Below, piece by piece: positions 29,573 through 40,477 of a stretch of 64,000 nt of DNA. Positions within the stretch are counted from its first letter, which is position 1; each line of letters starts with the position of its first letter. Location of the stretch: the NCBI GenBank assembly GCA_040830765.1, contig JBFOMH010000009.1:108934-172933 (forward strand), in the 5' to 3' direction. Under the pieces are notes generated by a model. That model saw only the letters and a list, made by a program, of their open reading frames with translations. It did no database searches and was not told where the DNA came from. Both the position numbers and the translations under genes were made by a program. This DNA is from Puniceicoccaceae bacterium (GTDB lineage: Bacteria > Verrucomicrobiota > Verrucomicrobiia > Opitutales > Oceanipulchritudinaceae).

Positions 29573-30928
29573 ATGAAAGTTGTGATTGTTGGTGCCGGTG
29601 AGGTGGGACGCCACTTGAGCCATGTGCTGAGTGACGCCAACCACGATGTCACCGTCGTCGAGAGGGATCCGGACCGGGCCGCCACTATTGACGAGGAACA
29701 CAATGTCCGTGTCATCCACGGAAGTGGCAGCGTCGCGGCAACGGTGAAGAAGGCCATCGCCGATGGCTGCGATCACTTCATCGCCATGACCAGCCAGGAT
29801 GAGATTAACCTCATCTCCTGTTCGCTGGCCCGGGTCCTCGGCGCGAAAAACGTCATCAGCCGGATTCACGACCAGACCTTCACGGATACCTCCCATGTCA
29901 ATATTCCCCTCCACTTCGGGATCGACATGATGCTCAACCCGGAGGGCCTGAGCGCTCTTGAGCTGGCAAAGTCCATCCGCAATCCGGCCCGCATCGCGGT
30001 GGAGAACTTCGCCCGCGGTGAGATTGAGGCCCAGCGCATTACGGTCGACAAGCGGGCCCGGTTCCGCGGCAAGGCGCTGAAAGAGCTGAAGCTGCCTTCC
30101 CAGATCAAGTTTGGCTTCTACCAGCGGGGCGACGAACAGGACATTCCCTCCGCCGACACCGTGCTCGAGGAAGGGGATGTGGTCATCGTCTTTGGCCCGC
30201 CCAGCGAGCTTTACAAACTGCGCATGAATCTCGATCCGCACTCCACCGGCGAAGAAGTCCGGGTGGTCATTTTTGGAGGGAGCGAAACCGCCGTGGCCCT
30301 CGTCCGGTTGTTGAATAATCCGCGTTTCAAGGTCCGGGTCATTGAACAGGATGAAGACAAATGCCGTCGGTTGGCCGAGCGCTTTCCGCAGGTCACCTTC
30401 ATCAATGGTGATGGTACCTCTCTGCGGTTGCTCGAAGAGGAGCAGATCGGTAATGCCGATTACTTCGTCGCCTCCACCAGTGATGACGAACGCAACGTCA
30501 TGACCAGTATCCAGGCCGCCAAACTGGGTGCCCGGCATGTCCAGACGGTCATCAACAAGAGCGACTATGAGGAAATTCTCCTCAATCTCCGCTCAGCCCT
30601 GGACATTGAGATGCTTGTTTCGCCCCGTATCGTTACCGCAAACGAAGTTCACCGCTATATCTCCAGTGCCGCCTATGTGGATCTCTTCCGCTTTCCCAAC
30701 CAGTCGGCACGAATCCTCGAGATCCAGGTTTCCCTCGATAGTTCCTGTGCCGGCAAGAAACTGAAGGAGATAAAGTGGCCCAAGCACGCGGTGCTGGTGG
30801 CCCTCCTGCATAAATTCCAGGCCAAGGTTCCCGGAGCCGACGACACCATCCTCGCCGGTGACCGGGTAGTCGTCATCACCCGCGAAGAGAACCTGAAGGA
30901 CCTTCTCCAGTTGCTCCACCCACATTAA
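29573..30928 (+). CDS. trkA: Trk potassium uptake regulatory subunit
   Basis: MKVVIVGAGEVG..L; two RCK_N/RCK_C repeats; adjacent to trkH. Confidence 0.95.
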   Translation: MKVVIVGAGEVGRHLSHVLSDANHDVTVVERDPDRAATIDEEHNVRVIHGSGSVAATVKKAIADGCDHFIAMTSQDEINLISCSLARVLGAKNVISRIHDQTFTDTSHVNIPLHFGIDMMLNPEGLSALELAKSIRNPARIAVENFARGEIEAQRITVDKRARFRGKALKELKLPSQIKFGFYQRGDEQDIPSADTVLEEGDVVIVFGPPSELYKLRMNLDPHSTGEEVRVVIFGGSETAVALVRLLNNPRFKVRVIEQDEDKCRRLAERFPQVTFINGDGTSLRLLEEEQIGNADYFVASTSDDERNVMTSIQAAKLGARHVQTVINKSDYEEILLNLRSALDIEMLVSPRIVTANEVHRYISSAAYVDLFRFPNQSARILEIQVSLDSSCAGKKLKEIKWPKHAVLVALLHKFQAKVPGADDTILAGDRVVVITREENLKDLLQLLHPH

Positions 30929-30958
30929 GGGACGGCGACCATCCGATCAGCAAGGCGC

Positions 30959-32434
30959 ATGAATTACGCAATCCTTTTCAAGCTGCAAAGTGTCATCCTC
31001 GGGGCGATGGCAACGGCCTTTGCCGTTTGTTTCGGGATCGCCCTGGTGTTTGATAACGGCCACTCGACCTACCTCTCAGTCCAGGGATTTGCCATCAGTT
31101 TTCTGGTCGCGGGCTCCCTTTCGCTGGGTTGTTTCATCCTTGGCAAGACAGGGGACAATACCCTTTTCCGGAAGGAGGCACTGGCTACCGTCGGTTGCGG
31201 TTGGATCGTGGCCAGCCTCACTGGTGCCCTGCCCTATTTTCTCATCCTTCCCGACATTTCCTTTAACGAGGCCTTTTTTGAATCTGCTTCCGGCCTGACA
31301 ACGACAGGGGCCTCCGTCCTTAGTAACCTCGAGTCCCTCCCGCGCAGTCTTCACTTCTGGCGTGGTCTCAGCCAGTGGATGGGCGGTCTCGGGGTGGTCG
31401 TCTTTTTTGTCGCCGTCCTCTCTTTTCTCGGTGCCGGGGCCAAGGTGCTCTTCTCGCGGGAGTCCTCCGCCCAAGCTGCCGATTTGAACACCTCCCGGGT
31501 CCAGTCCGGCGTCCTCAAGCTGGTCAAGCTCTACCTGGCCCTGTCGGTTGCCTGCACAATCGTCTTTTGGATCTGTGGGCTCTCCTGGTTTGAATCGGTC
31601 ATTCATATGTTTACCACCCTGAGTACCGGGGGATTCAGTACCCGTTCCGGCAGCATCGCCGATTTCAACAATCCGGCCCTCGAGTGGTGTGTTATCCTCT
31701 TTATGGCTCTCGGAGGCACCAGCTTCCTGCTCATTCTCGACGCCTTTGGCCGCCGGTGGAAGCGAATTGCCAGATCCACAGAGTTCAAGGCCTACTATCT
31801 GCTTCTGGCCGGATTCTCGGTCGCCATTACGGTTTTCCTGATGATTGACCCAAATGGCGATTTGGCCCTTCCGGACGCTATCCGGACCGCTGCTTTCCAG
31901 GTTGTTTCGATAATGACCACGACGGGATTTGCTACTGCTGACTTTGATGTCTGGCTGCCGGTTACCCACATTCTCCTCCTGGCAGCCATGGTCATCGGTG
32001 GGTGCTCCGGATCAACCGCCGGCGGAACCAAGGTCATCCGCTTTATTGTCGCGCTGAAGGTATCCGCCCAACAGGTGGAAAAAGCCTACCGTTCCCGTGT
32101 CATCCGCCCCCTCAAGGTCAATGGCAAGAGCCTTTCCCTCGGCGAACAGGAAACGGTCCTCGTCTACATTGTCATTCTCACCCTGATTATCTTCTCCGGC
32201 ACCCTTTTGATCTCCTTTCTGGAGCCAGCAATGAGTTTCGAGGGGACCGTCTCCTCGATGGCTGCCTGCATCTTCAATATCGGGCCGGGGTTTGCCGAAA
32301 TTGGACCCACCCGGAATTTTGCTGGATTACATGCCTATACTCAGGTTTTTCTATCCATACTCATGATTATGGGCCGCCTGGAATTATTCGCTTTGCTGGT
32401 TCTGTTCTCGCCCAGCCTCTGGAAACGCTTTTAA
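30959..32434 (+). CDS. trkH: Trk potassium uptake membrane subunit
   Basis: Four pore loops SGLTTTGAS, LSTGGFS, MTTTGF, NIGPG; GGCSGSTAGG.K; MIMGRLE. Confidence 0.95.
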   Translation: MNYAILFKLQSVILGAMATAFAVCFGIALVFDNGHSTYLSVQGFAISFLVAGSLSLGCFILGKTGDNTLFRKEALATVGCGWIVASLTGALPYFLILPDISFNEAFFESASGLTTTGASVLSNLESLPRSLHFWRGLSQWMGGLGVVVFFVAVLSFLGAGAKVLFSRESSAQAADLNTSRVQSGVLKLVKLYLALSVACTIVFWICGLSWFESVIHMFTTLSTGGFSTRSGSIADFNNPALEWCVILFMALGGTSFLLILDAFGRRWKRIARSTEFKAYYLLLAGFSVAITVFLMIDPNGDLALPDAIRTAAFQVVSIMTTTGFATADFDVWLPVTHILLLAAMVIGGCSGSTAGGTKVIRFIVALKVSAQQVEKAYRSRVIRPLKVNGKSLSLGEQETVLVYIVILTLIIFSGTLLISFLEPAMSFEGTVSSMAACIFNIGPGFAEIGPTRNFAGLHAYTQVFLSILMIMGRLELFALLVLFSPSLWKRF

Positions 32435-32505
32435 TGCAGTCAAAATCTCAAGTATTTGCGTAAAGTTACGAACGCCAACACCCCCTAAATCGTCATATTT
32501 CCTGA

Positions 32506-33525
32506 ATGAGCCAGCCTGAAGACAGCATCGTTGCCAAAAACCTGTTCAAGCGATTTGGCCGCACCGAGGCCGTGAACGACCTGTCCTTCCGCATTGGAAA
32601 GGGTCAGATCGTCGGTTTCCTGGGTCCAAACGGGGCTGGGAAGAGCACCACGTTGCGCATGTTGACGGGTATTCTCCCGGCAACATCGGGATACCTCAAT
32701 GTCTGTGGAAAGTCCGTCCCCCTGCATGAGCGGGAAATCCGCCGGGAAATCGGCTACATGCCGGAAAACAATCCATTGCCCGATGATATGCGGGTGATCG
32801 AGTACCTCCGCTTCCGGGCACAAATCAAGGGCATCCCCCTCCGGAAACGCCGGGCTCGTATCGAGCATGCCATGGAAGTCTGCGAATTGCAGAGGAAGGC
32901 CCGACGCAAGATCATTGGGACCTTGTCAAAAGGCTTCCGCCAGAGGGTCGGTATCGCAGACGCCATCCTCGCTGAACCCTCGGTGACCATCCTTGACGAA
33001 CCCACCATCGGGCTGGATCCCCACCAGGTGATCGCCATTCGCCGCCTGCTCGACAACTTGAGAGGCGAGACAACCGTCATTTTCTCCAGCCATATCCTTT
33101 CCGAAGTTGAAATCTCCTGCGACCGGATTCTCATCCTCAATCAAGGAAGACTGGTTGCCTCCGGAACCTCTGACGACTTGAGGGCCGAGTTCCTTCCCGG
33201 CTCACATTTCAGGCTCGAGGTTGCCGGTGAGCCCGCCTCGATCACTAATTCCCTCCAGTCCCTCGGTGATGAGTGGACAATTGACCTCTCCCCTATCCCC
33301 AATAATGGATTTTACGAGGTCAGCCTCCTGAACACGGATAACGGCAGTGACGGGGAAGCCATTCTCGGCCAGCTGTCCAATATGGAGAATCTGCGCATCC
33401 GGTCCTTTCATTCAGTGCAACCCAACCTTGAACAGATTTTCCTCAAGGCAACCCGCAGAAGTTGGGATCTTCCCGGCGAGACCCCTCCCGTCCTTCCGCA
33501 AAAAGAAACAGCATCCACCAAATGA
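32506..33525 (+). CDS. ABC transporter ATP-binding protein (GldA-like)
   Basis: GPNGAGKSTT, GYMPENNPL, LSKGFRQRVG, LDEPTIGLDPHQ, SSHILSEVE. Confidence 0.92.
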   Translation: MSQPEDSIVAKNLFKRFGRTEAVNDLSFRIGKGQIVGFLGPNGAGKSTTLRMLTGILPATSGYLNVCGKSVPLHEREIRREIGYMPENNPLPDDMRVIEYLRFRAQIKGIPLRKRRARIEHAMEVCELQRKARRKIIGTLSKGFRQRVGIADAILAEPSVTILDEPTIGLDPHQVIAIRRLLDNLRGETTVIFSSHILSEVEISCDRILILNQGRLVASGTSDDLRAEFLPGSHFRLEVAGEPASITNSLQSLGDEWTIDLSPIPNNGFYEVSLLNTDNGSDGEAILGQLSNMENLRIRSFHSVQPNLEQIFLKATRRSWDLPGETPPVLPQKETASTK

Positions 33526-34286
33526 TTCAGGTTTTCCGACTGACCCGGCACGAGTTGAAAAGCTTGTTCTACACACCAAGCACCTACATTGCCATGGTGC
33601 TCTCCCTCCTCATGATGGGATTCTTCTACTTTGTCATGCTGGAGACCATCAGCTCCGAGGAACAGGACCAGTTGCCCCCGACCATTTTCTTCAGCCTTTT
33701 CTGGGTTCCCGTCCTCCTCATTGTCCCCATGCTGACCATGCGCAGTATCGCCGAGGAACGCCGCCTGGGGACGATTGAGACCCTGCTGACAGCGCCCGTC
33801 CAGCCGTCCCAGCTGGTCCTCTCCAAGTTTTTGGCTGCGTATATTTTCTACATGCTGGTCTGGGTCCTGGCCATGGCCTATCCTGTCCTGACCGCCCTTG
33901 TGATCGACCAGCCCGAGTTCAATGAGAAGTTGTTCCACGCCGGGGCCACAACCGGTGGCTACCTCTTCATCGCTGCCTCGGGAGCCCTCTTCATCGCCAT
34001 CGGCATCTTTACCAGCAGCCTGACCCGCAGCCAGTTGGTGGCGGGAATGTTGTCCTTCAGCATCCTCTTCATGCTCATCGTCGGGGTGGCGGCCATTCAC
34101 ATGCTCCAGATCGAGACAGCAACGGGTAGTGGCCTTCCCGATACGGTTCTCGATTACTTCCAGTTGTTCGAGCACTTCGACGACTTCAGCCGCGGGCTCA
34201 TCGACACCCGGCCGTTTGTCTATTACTTTTCCGGAACCATCGCTGTTCTGGGCTTCTCCGTCCTTGTCATCGAATCCAAGAGTTGA
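33522..34286 (+). CDS. ABC-2 permease (GldF-like)
   Basis: EL..LF.TP..Y, P.LTMRSIAEERRLGTIETLLTAP, HF.DF.RG.IDTR; ATGA-coupled to the ATPase gene. Confidence 0.9.
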   Translation: MIQVFRLTRHELKSLFYTPSTYIAMVLSLLMMGFFYFVMLETISSEEQDQLPPTIFFSLFWVPVLLIVPMLTMRSIAEERRLGTIETLLTAPVQPSQLVLSKFLAAYIFYMLVWVLAMAYPVLTALVIDQPEFNEKLFHAGATTGGYLFIAASGALFIAIGIFTSSLTRSQLVAGMLSFSILFMLIVGVAAIHMLQIETATGSGLPDTVLDYFQLFEHFDDFSRGLIDTRPFVYYFSGTIAVLGFSVLVIESKS

Positions 34287-34295
34287 TCAACGATC

Positions 34296-35771
34296 ATGTC
34301 CAAGTGGGAATCCTACCAGTTTGCTAACCGCCTCAAGCTCAGTAACCACTGGCTCCAGGTGGTCCTGATCCTCAGCCTTATAGGCGGACTCAACTACCTC
34401 GCGATCCATAATTTTTACCGCGTTGACCTGACGGAAAGCCACCGCTACGCGCTCTCCCCGGAAACCAAGGCCTACCTTCAGGAGATCACCGATCCGGTCG
34501 AAATTGTGGTTACGATTCCGCGGAACTCCGTACGCCAGGAGGAACAGGTGCTTTCCCGGTACGTCAGCCAGCTACTGCAGGAGTACGCTTATCAAAGCAA
34601 GCGACACGGGAAGTTCCTCATCAACGTGGAGCATGTTGATATATACACCGACCTGGCCCGGGCAGACTCACTGGCCCGCCAGTACGGGCTGGACCAGGTC
34701 AATGCCATCCTCGTCATTTCCGGGGAACGCCAGCGCCTTATACGACCAGATGAAATCCTCACCTTTGAGAACCTTCGTCCAGTAGCCTTTACCGGGGAAG
34801 CGACCCTCACCTCGGCCATCATGGAGGTAACCCAGGAACAGTCCCCAAAGCTGTACTTTCTTCAGGGCCATCAGGAGGTCAGGCCGGATGACACCTCACC
34901 CCAGTTCGGCTTGTCCCAGATAGCCAGCGAGCTCCAGTTGCGCAATTTCACCATTGAGCAACTGGACCTGAGTGCGAAGGAGCAAGTGCCGGATGACGCC
35001 TCGATCGTCATCATCGCCGACCCGAAGGGACCCCTGCTTTCCTCTGAGCTGGACAAGCTCCAGACCTATCTTGTCGACCGGGCAGGCCGCCTCATCATCT
35101 GGGTCCGCCCGGGGGTCGAGACCAACCTCTTCCCCCTCATTGCTGATTGGGGAATCCGGCTCTCCGACCAGGTAGTCATTGAGACCAATCCGGGATACCG
35201 GGAAGCCAAGGGAACCATCCTCATTCGTAATTTCGGGGAACACCCGATTACGGAGTCCCTCATCCAGAACCAGACTTTCCTTCTTTCCGGCTGGACCCGG
35301 CCCGTCTTCCCGGTCCCACCCGAACCGGTGGATGAGCGCCTGAGTTTCATCCCCTTGTTTGCCTCCTCCTCCGAAAGCTGGTCCGAGTCCGCCTACCAGA
35401 TGGCCGGCACACCGGAATTTGATCCCCAATCGGATATCAAGGGTCCCGTGCCCCTGGCCATTGCGTCCGAGCGCAAAGCCTCCAGCCAACTGGGAATCAG
35501 TGTTCCCGGCGGCCGGGTGGTGGTCATCGGATCGCCTGACCTCTTCTCCAACCAGAACATCGCCTCGCTTGGCAATGTCTCCCTTTTCTTCAATATCATG
35601 AATTGGATTCTCGACCGTGATCGACTCCTGGTCATTCCTCCGCGGACCCTTGAATCCTATCAACTCGCCGTCAGCCAGGACCAGTTAAGCAAGATTGGAC
35701 TGCTGTTCCTGTGTGTGCCCGGCAGCCTGGCCGTCCTTGGCTTCCTTGTTCACTGGATCCGGAAATCCTGA
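34296..35771 (+). CDS. GldG-like ABC auxiliary periplasmic component
   Basis: N- and C-terminal TMs; R.DLT...RYALS.ET, KLYFLQGHQE, GRVVVIG, N.MNWI. Confidence 0.85.
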   Translation: MSKWESYQFANRLKLSNHWLQVVLILSLIGGLNYLAIHNFYRVDLTESHRYALSPETKAYLQEITDPVEIVVTIPRNSVRQEEQVLSRYVSQLLQEYAYQSKRHGKFLINVEHVDIYTDLARADSLARQYGLDQVNAILVISGERQRLIRPDEILTFENLRPVAFTGEATLTSAIMEVTQEQSPKLYFLQGHQEVRPDDTSPQFGLSQIASELQLRNFTIEQLDLSAKEQVPDDASIVIIADPKGPLLSSELDKLQTYLVDRAGRLIIWVRPGVETNLFPLIADWGIRLSDQVVIETNPGYREAKGTILIRNFGEHPITESLIQNQTFLLSGWTRPVFPVPPEPVDERLSFIPLFASSSESWSESAYQMAGTPEFDPQSDIKGPVPLAIASERKASSQLGISVPGGRVVVIGSPDLFSNQNIASLGNVSLFFNIMNWILDRDRLLVIPPRTLESYQLAVSQDQLSKIGLLFLCVPGSLAVLGFLVHWIRKS

Positions 35772-35779
35772 CCCTCGCC

Positions 35780-37660
35780 ATGCGTTACAAACTTACCGTT
35801 CTTCTCATCGTCCTGAACCTTGCCCTGTTCAGTTTGATCTTCTACATCGACCGGGTCCAGAGCACCCGCAGTGTCTTTGAGTCCACTTCCCGGTTGATCC
35901 TCGACCGCTCGTTTGTCCAAGGTATCGACAAAGTCCGGATCACCAGCACTGCCAGTGGCACCGAGTGGCAATTGGAACAATCCGGCGAAAACCGCTGGGA
36001 TGTCATCTCCCCGATCCATTGGAAGGCCAACCCCTATGCCATCCAGCAACTGCTTTTCCAATTGAAGGGGCTTTCATGGGAATCCCGCTTCCCTGTCGAT
36101 GATCTTGCCTCCGCCGGCCAGTCCCTTGAATCCTACAACCTTGCCGCGCCACCCCTTGAAATAGAGCTTTCCAGTGGAACCAATTCCGTGAAGCTGGCTA
36201 TCGGTGCGCCTACGGAGATCGGCAACCGTCTCTACATGATGGCGCCGGACGGAAAATTCATCCTCGTTATCTCCCGCGGTATTATGGAATTACTGCAGAG
36301 GGAAATGGACGTCTTCCTTGACCGTCGCATTTTTGGCCTCGGCATGGAGGAAAGCAGGGTCATCCAGATTCAGGACCGCTCCGCGAGCAACGTCCGGGTA
36401 CGACTGGAAAGGGATCAAACGGGTTGGAATTTTGTCTCACCCATTGAAGCACCAGCAGACCCGGAACGGGTACAAGCCATGATCGCGGAGTGGCAAACCA
36501 TTGAGGCAGAAGGATTTGAAATGATTGAGAATCCAGGGCTGGAAATGAACAGCAATGCCGTCCAGTTGACCTTTGAAGGCTTGAATGAGCGGGAAACCCT
36601 TGTCCTCGCCCCGCCTGCCGGGGTGACGGGTACCCCCGTCTATTTTCTGGCCAAACGGGATGCCTACGATGCTATTTTCAAGGTTGATGCCAACGATGTG
36701 GACACACTGCGCACCGCCCAGGGGATTCTCCGGGAAAAGCGCATCCTCAACCGGCACGCGGATGACTGGACCAGTTTGAGTATTGAGTTTGGCAACCTCT
36801 CAACCACCCTGCAGCAGTTGGAAAACGGAACCTGGCAGGTGCTCAATACAGATACTTCAGGTGCCTTGAATTCGCGGGCCGCCGATCCCGAAACCGTTGG
36901 CAATGTAAAGGCCCTCTTGCGGAATATGGAGGCCATTCGCTTTGTCAGCGATGCTCCTGCTGAAAACGATCTCATTCGCTACGGATTGGATGATCCTCAA
37001 CGGACAATCACCCTCCGCAAGGCCGGCGGAGAAGCGGTTGTCTTCAATATTGGAGGAGTCAGCCGGGAGGATGAGGGCACCCTCCTCTACGCCAATACAA
37101 ACCAATCGGCCTCGGTGTTTGTCGTCAGGCCACACCTGCTCGCCGACCTTCCTCTTGATGCCTCCTATTACTGGGACCGGACTTTGTTCACATTGCCGGA
37201 GGCAGCTGATGTCCTGGATGTCCAACTGGTGACACGGGATTCAGGAGAGCCAATCCCGTTGAGTGAAGAGGCTATCGCCACCCTGACCGGATACATCCGT
37301 AACGTGAAGGTTGCCCGCTTCCTCGACGTACCGTTCTCTGATCCGCTTCAACTGGGAGATTCGCGAATCATCGATTGGACCTACTCCCTCGTCGCGACAG
37401 TGGACTTTGGTGCCAGCCCGACTCTTGAGGTTGAAGGCCTTGAATTCCTTGTCTCCGACCGACTGGGTGGCTCGACGCAATACCTTGCCCGCGCCGGTAC
37501 GGGGGAGATCGGAACCCTGCCGGCGAATGTCATTGAGGCCCTTGACTCAGCCTTGGCATCCTTCCCGGAGGATCCAGGCGAGGCTCCGGATGAGCCTGTC
37601 TTTAGAGAAGAATCAACAGAGCCGGAGGCAACGGTTCCCGAACCAGAAGTGCAGCCGTAA
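35780..37660 (+). CDS. DUF4340-like repeat periplasmic protein
   Basis: N-terminal anchor, repeated W....P....A(N/D) and YGL..P units; canonical position after gldG-like genes. Confidence 0.75.
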   Translation: MRYKLTVLLIVLNLALFSLIFYIDRVQSTRSVFESTSRLILDRSFVQGIDKVRITSTASGTEWQLEQSGENRWDVISPIHWKANPYAIQQLLFQLKGLSWESRFPVDDLASAGQSLESYNLAAPPLEIELSSGTNSVKLAIGAPTEIGNRLYMMAPDGKFILVISRGIMELLQREMDVFLDRRIFGLGMEESRVIQIQDRSASNVRVRLERDQTGWNFVSPIEAPADPERVQAMIAEWQTIEAEGFEMIENPGLEMNSNAVQLTFEGLNERETLVLAPPAGVTGTPVYFLAKRDAYDAIFKVDANDVDTLRTAQGILREKRILNRHADDWTSLSIEFGNLSTTLQQLENGTWQVLNTDTSGALNSRAADPETVGNVKALLRNMEAIRFVSDAPAENDLIRYGLDDPQRTITLRKAGGEAVVFNIGGVSREDEGTLLYANTNQSASVFVVRPHLLADLPLDASYYWDRTLFTLPEAADVLDVQLVTRDSGEPIPLSEEAIATLTGYIRNVKVARFLDVPFSDPLQLGDSRIIDWTYSLVATVDFGASPTLEVEGLEFLVSDRLGGSTQYLARAGTGEIGTLPANVIEALDSALASFPEDPGEAPDEPVFREESTEPEATVPEPEVQP

Positions 37661-37666
37661 TCGGCC

Positions 37667-40387
37667 ATGAGTCCTGTCGCCAAGATCAGGAAACTGCTGT
37701 GGGGCTGCAGCTGCCTTGCCTGCCACTTCCTGAATGTTGTCCTGGCCATTTTCGCTGTCGGTCAGGGAGGCCTGCTGGCGCTGAATTTCCTCCAGCATGA
37801 AGTGCCTCTTCCGGACCGGCTGACCGAATGGGTTATCAATAGCCTCGGACCGGACAATCTGGAAGCGGACTGGGAGGATGCGGTTTTTGATTTGCGGGCC
37901 GGGCTCCTGCTTTCCGGTTTCCAACTGCGCAATTCTTCAACCGAGCAAATCATTGCCACTGCCAGGGAGGCCCACCTGCAATGGTCCCCTTTGCATTTGT
38001 TTATTTCAAGGTTGGCTCCCATTCATTCGGTTGAAGCCAGGGATGTTGAAATATACATTCCGGTCAGCCATTCCCCGACCGGTCTTAATGAACCGGTTCT
38101 CGCTATCCGGCATGTCGCCATGAGGGAGGATAACGGTGAGTTGCGTGTCGGCTCCCTCATCGTGGAAAGCGGCAAAGTCCGCCTGTACCTGGAAGGAACA
38201 GCCCCTTTACATGCCTTCTCCCTCAAAAGTGAAGGCGGAGGTGGCACAAGATTCTACGATTTGCTGCAGCAGATACGCCGCCTGCCACCCGATCTGGAGG
38301 CAATGGCCGAAATATCCTGGAGACTGTTCCCATCCGGAAGTCACCTGTTCCAGCTCCGTGCCCTCGTTCCGAACCTGGAGTATGACATTGGCCGGATGAG
38401 CTCCCTGAGCATGAGGGCCCGGATGCGACTGGCCCGTGACGGTCTTTCCATTCTCGACCTCCATATGGGTGGTTCCCTCTCCCTCACCCGCGAGGTCCCG
38501 AAGCTGCCCCTGATAGACGAAGTCCTGAACCAGGAACCCATCCCCTTCGAACTTTCGGCCGGAGGCGCGCTTCGCAAGACGGGCAATATCCAGGTCCCAT
38601 CCTCAATCCGACTGAACCTTCATCCGAGGGATGAAAGCCTTCCCGTACGCCATCTCCTTCTTCGAACCGCCTATTGGGGCAGCATTTCTCCCGTCCATTG
38701 GATTGCCAGCAGTTCGCGTGCGTTTTCGGAAGGCTGGGCCTATCCGGTTTTCAACCGGATTGAGGACATCACCGGCTTTCCCTTCAAGTTGGATTTCCGG
38801 GGTTATCTTCCAGAATGCCTCTTGGCAGATTTAGTGCCGGGACTGCCGGATGTCCGGATGCTGGAAGGGGCCGGGGCTGACCAAATACAGCTCAATGCCA
38901 CCTTTGATCCCCTCTCCCTAACGCTTGAAGGCATGGTGGCAACGGACGGTCTCTACATCGGGCAAACGAATTTTGCCCGTCTCCATACCCGCCTTTCCCT
39001 GAACCGCCAACATTTGCGGTTGGAAGATATGCAGGTCAGGCAATCCGATAACCAGTATGCTTACGGTTCCTACATCCATGAGTTCAGTACCAGCAAGTTT
39101 TCGCTCAATGCAATGGGATCGACCTTCCCCGAAACCCTGGACATCCTCCTCGGCCGCTGGTGGCAGAACATCTTTAAACATATAGAAGCGAATGAACCCC
39201 TCCCGGCGGATGTCACCGTCTGGGGCCAGTGGCGGGACCTCAAGTCCCTGCAAAGTATTACTACTGTCGACGGGAATAACGGCTCCTATCGCGGCGTTCA
39301 TATTCCCAGGTTGCAATTGAGGGTCCGCAGCAACCACCAATGGGCCGTCCTCGAGACCCTCAAGGCCTCATTCCCCGATGGGTCATTTGGAGGCCGCATC
39401 GCCATCCGTTCCGGCCTCAAGCAGGATGACATCTTCCGCGCCATGTTACTGGACCTCGAAAGTGACGCCCCCTGGGAAGCTCTTTGCGCCGCCAGTGGTA
39501 TTGAAGAACTTTGCGAGGCTACCTTTGTTGGAAATCCCCACGTAACGGTTCGTGGTGTCTTGTGGCAGGACTCCGGGAAGGGATTCAGGGCCATCCCTCA
39601 GGCGGATTTGCGCCTGGGCCTCTCCCAGCCCACGGGATCCAGTGTTGTCCAGGACCTTCAGTTGGAGGGACTGTCTCTCAGTGGCCGGCTCAAGGGCAGC
39701 ACCTTGGATTTAACCGGGCTCTCGGGTCGCTTCGCGGAGGGCGTGTTCACCGGAAATATCCGCATCGACAACTGGCAATCCAAGGAAAACCGGCACCGGC
39801 ATTACAACCTGCAATTGGTGGATGCCCACTTTGGTTCAGCCCGCAAGCAATTGTCGGAATCCTTCGGCTACGATCCAAAGGTCTCGACCACCCTTCCGAC
39901 CCAGCTCCACGAAGGCCGGGTGGATGCTCTTCTCAATTTGACCACAGGAGCCAGCCTGGAGGCCGCTCACGGCTTTGGCTCTGTTGGTCTTCGGCAAGCC
40001 AAGCTGGGCCAGATTCACCTCTTTGGTGGCCTCTCCCGTTTCTTTACTTCCATGGGCTTCAAATTCAGTAGTCTCAACCTTGATGCACTGACCTTCGACT
40101 GGCTCCTCGCGGACAGTGTCCTCCGCATCAATAACGGTTATGTCACCGGCCCTTCCCTGCGTTTACAGATCGCAGGAGCACTTGACTTGGCGGCACAGCA
40201 ACTGGCGATGCAGGCGGAAGTCACGCTCGTCAAGGGAATGATGGGCATGGTTCTCTCGCCGGTCAGTGAAAACCTCTTTTTCGACCTTGAGGGACCAATT
40301 GAGGATCCCCAGTGGACGATCAGCTTTTCCCCCTTCAAGCGGATTCAGGAACCCTCTTTGAAGGAGGGCCCGCCAATTGAGCTCTGA
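37667..40387 (+). CDS. Large membrane-anchored beta-rich protein with AsmA-like C-terminus
   Basis: 906 aa, N-terminal hydrophobic anchor, amphipathic beta pattern throughout, C-terminal G.LDL...L.....L.G.IEDPQW typical of AsmA-like ends. Confidence 0.6.
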   Translation: MSPVAKIRKLLWGCSCLACHFLNVVLAIFAVGQGGLLALNFLQHEVPLPDRLTEWVINSLGPDNLEADWEDAVFDLRAGLLLSGFQLRNSSTEQIIATAREAHLQWSPLHLFISRLAPIHSVEARDVEIYIPVSHSPTGLNEPVLAIRHVAMREDNGELRVGSLIVESGKVRLYLEGTAPLHAFSLKSEGGGGTRFYDLLQQIRRLPPDLEAMAEISWRLFPSGSHLFQLRALVPNLEYDIGRMSSLSMRARMRLARDGLSILDLHMGGSLSLTREVPKLPLIDEVLNQEPIPFELSAGGALRKTGNIQVPSSIRLNLHPRDESLPVRHLLLRTAYWGSISPVHWIASSSRAFSEGWAYPVFNRIEDITGFPFKLDFRGYLPECLLADLVPGLPDVRMLEGAGADQIQLNATFDPLSLTLEGMVATDGLYIGQTNFARLHTRLSLNRQHLRLEDMQVRQSDNQYAYGSYIHEFSTSKFSLNAMGSTFPETLDILLGRWWQNIFKHIEANEPLPADVTVWGQWRDLKSLQSITTVDGNNGSYRGVHIPRLQLRVRSNHQWAVLETLKASFPDGSFGGRIAIRSGLKQDDIFRAMLLDLESDAPWEALCAASGIEELCEATFVGNPHVTVRGVLWQDSGKGFRAIPQADLRLGLSQPTGSSVVQDLQLEGLSLSGRLKGSTLDLTGLSGRFAEGVFTGNIRIDNWQSKENRHRHYNLQLVDAHFGSARKQLSESFGYDPKVSTTLPTQLHEGRVDALLNLTTGASLEAAHGFGSVGLRQAKLGQIHLFGGLSRFFTSMGFKFSSLNLDALTFDWLLADSVLRINNGYVTGPSLRLQIAGALDLAAQQLAMQAEVTLVKGMMGMVLSPVSENLFFDLEGPIEDPQWTISFSPFKRIQEPSLKEGPPIEL

Positions 40388-40477
40388 CTTGCCTGAAAGT
40401 CGATTTCCATTGCCCTTTAGGGGGAAAACTTATCAAACTGCGCCCTTTCATTCTGATAATTAACGGAGGTAACGAAC

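Noticed and set aside
32506..35771. Gliding motility inferred from gldA/F/G similarity
   Set aside because: Such ABC clusters occur widely in non-gliding bacteria, and no gldK-N, spr or T9SS genes are in the window.
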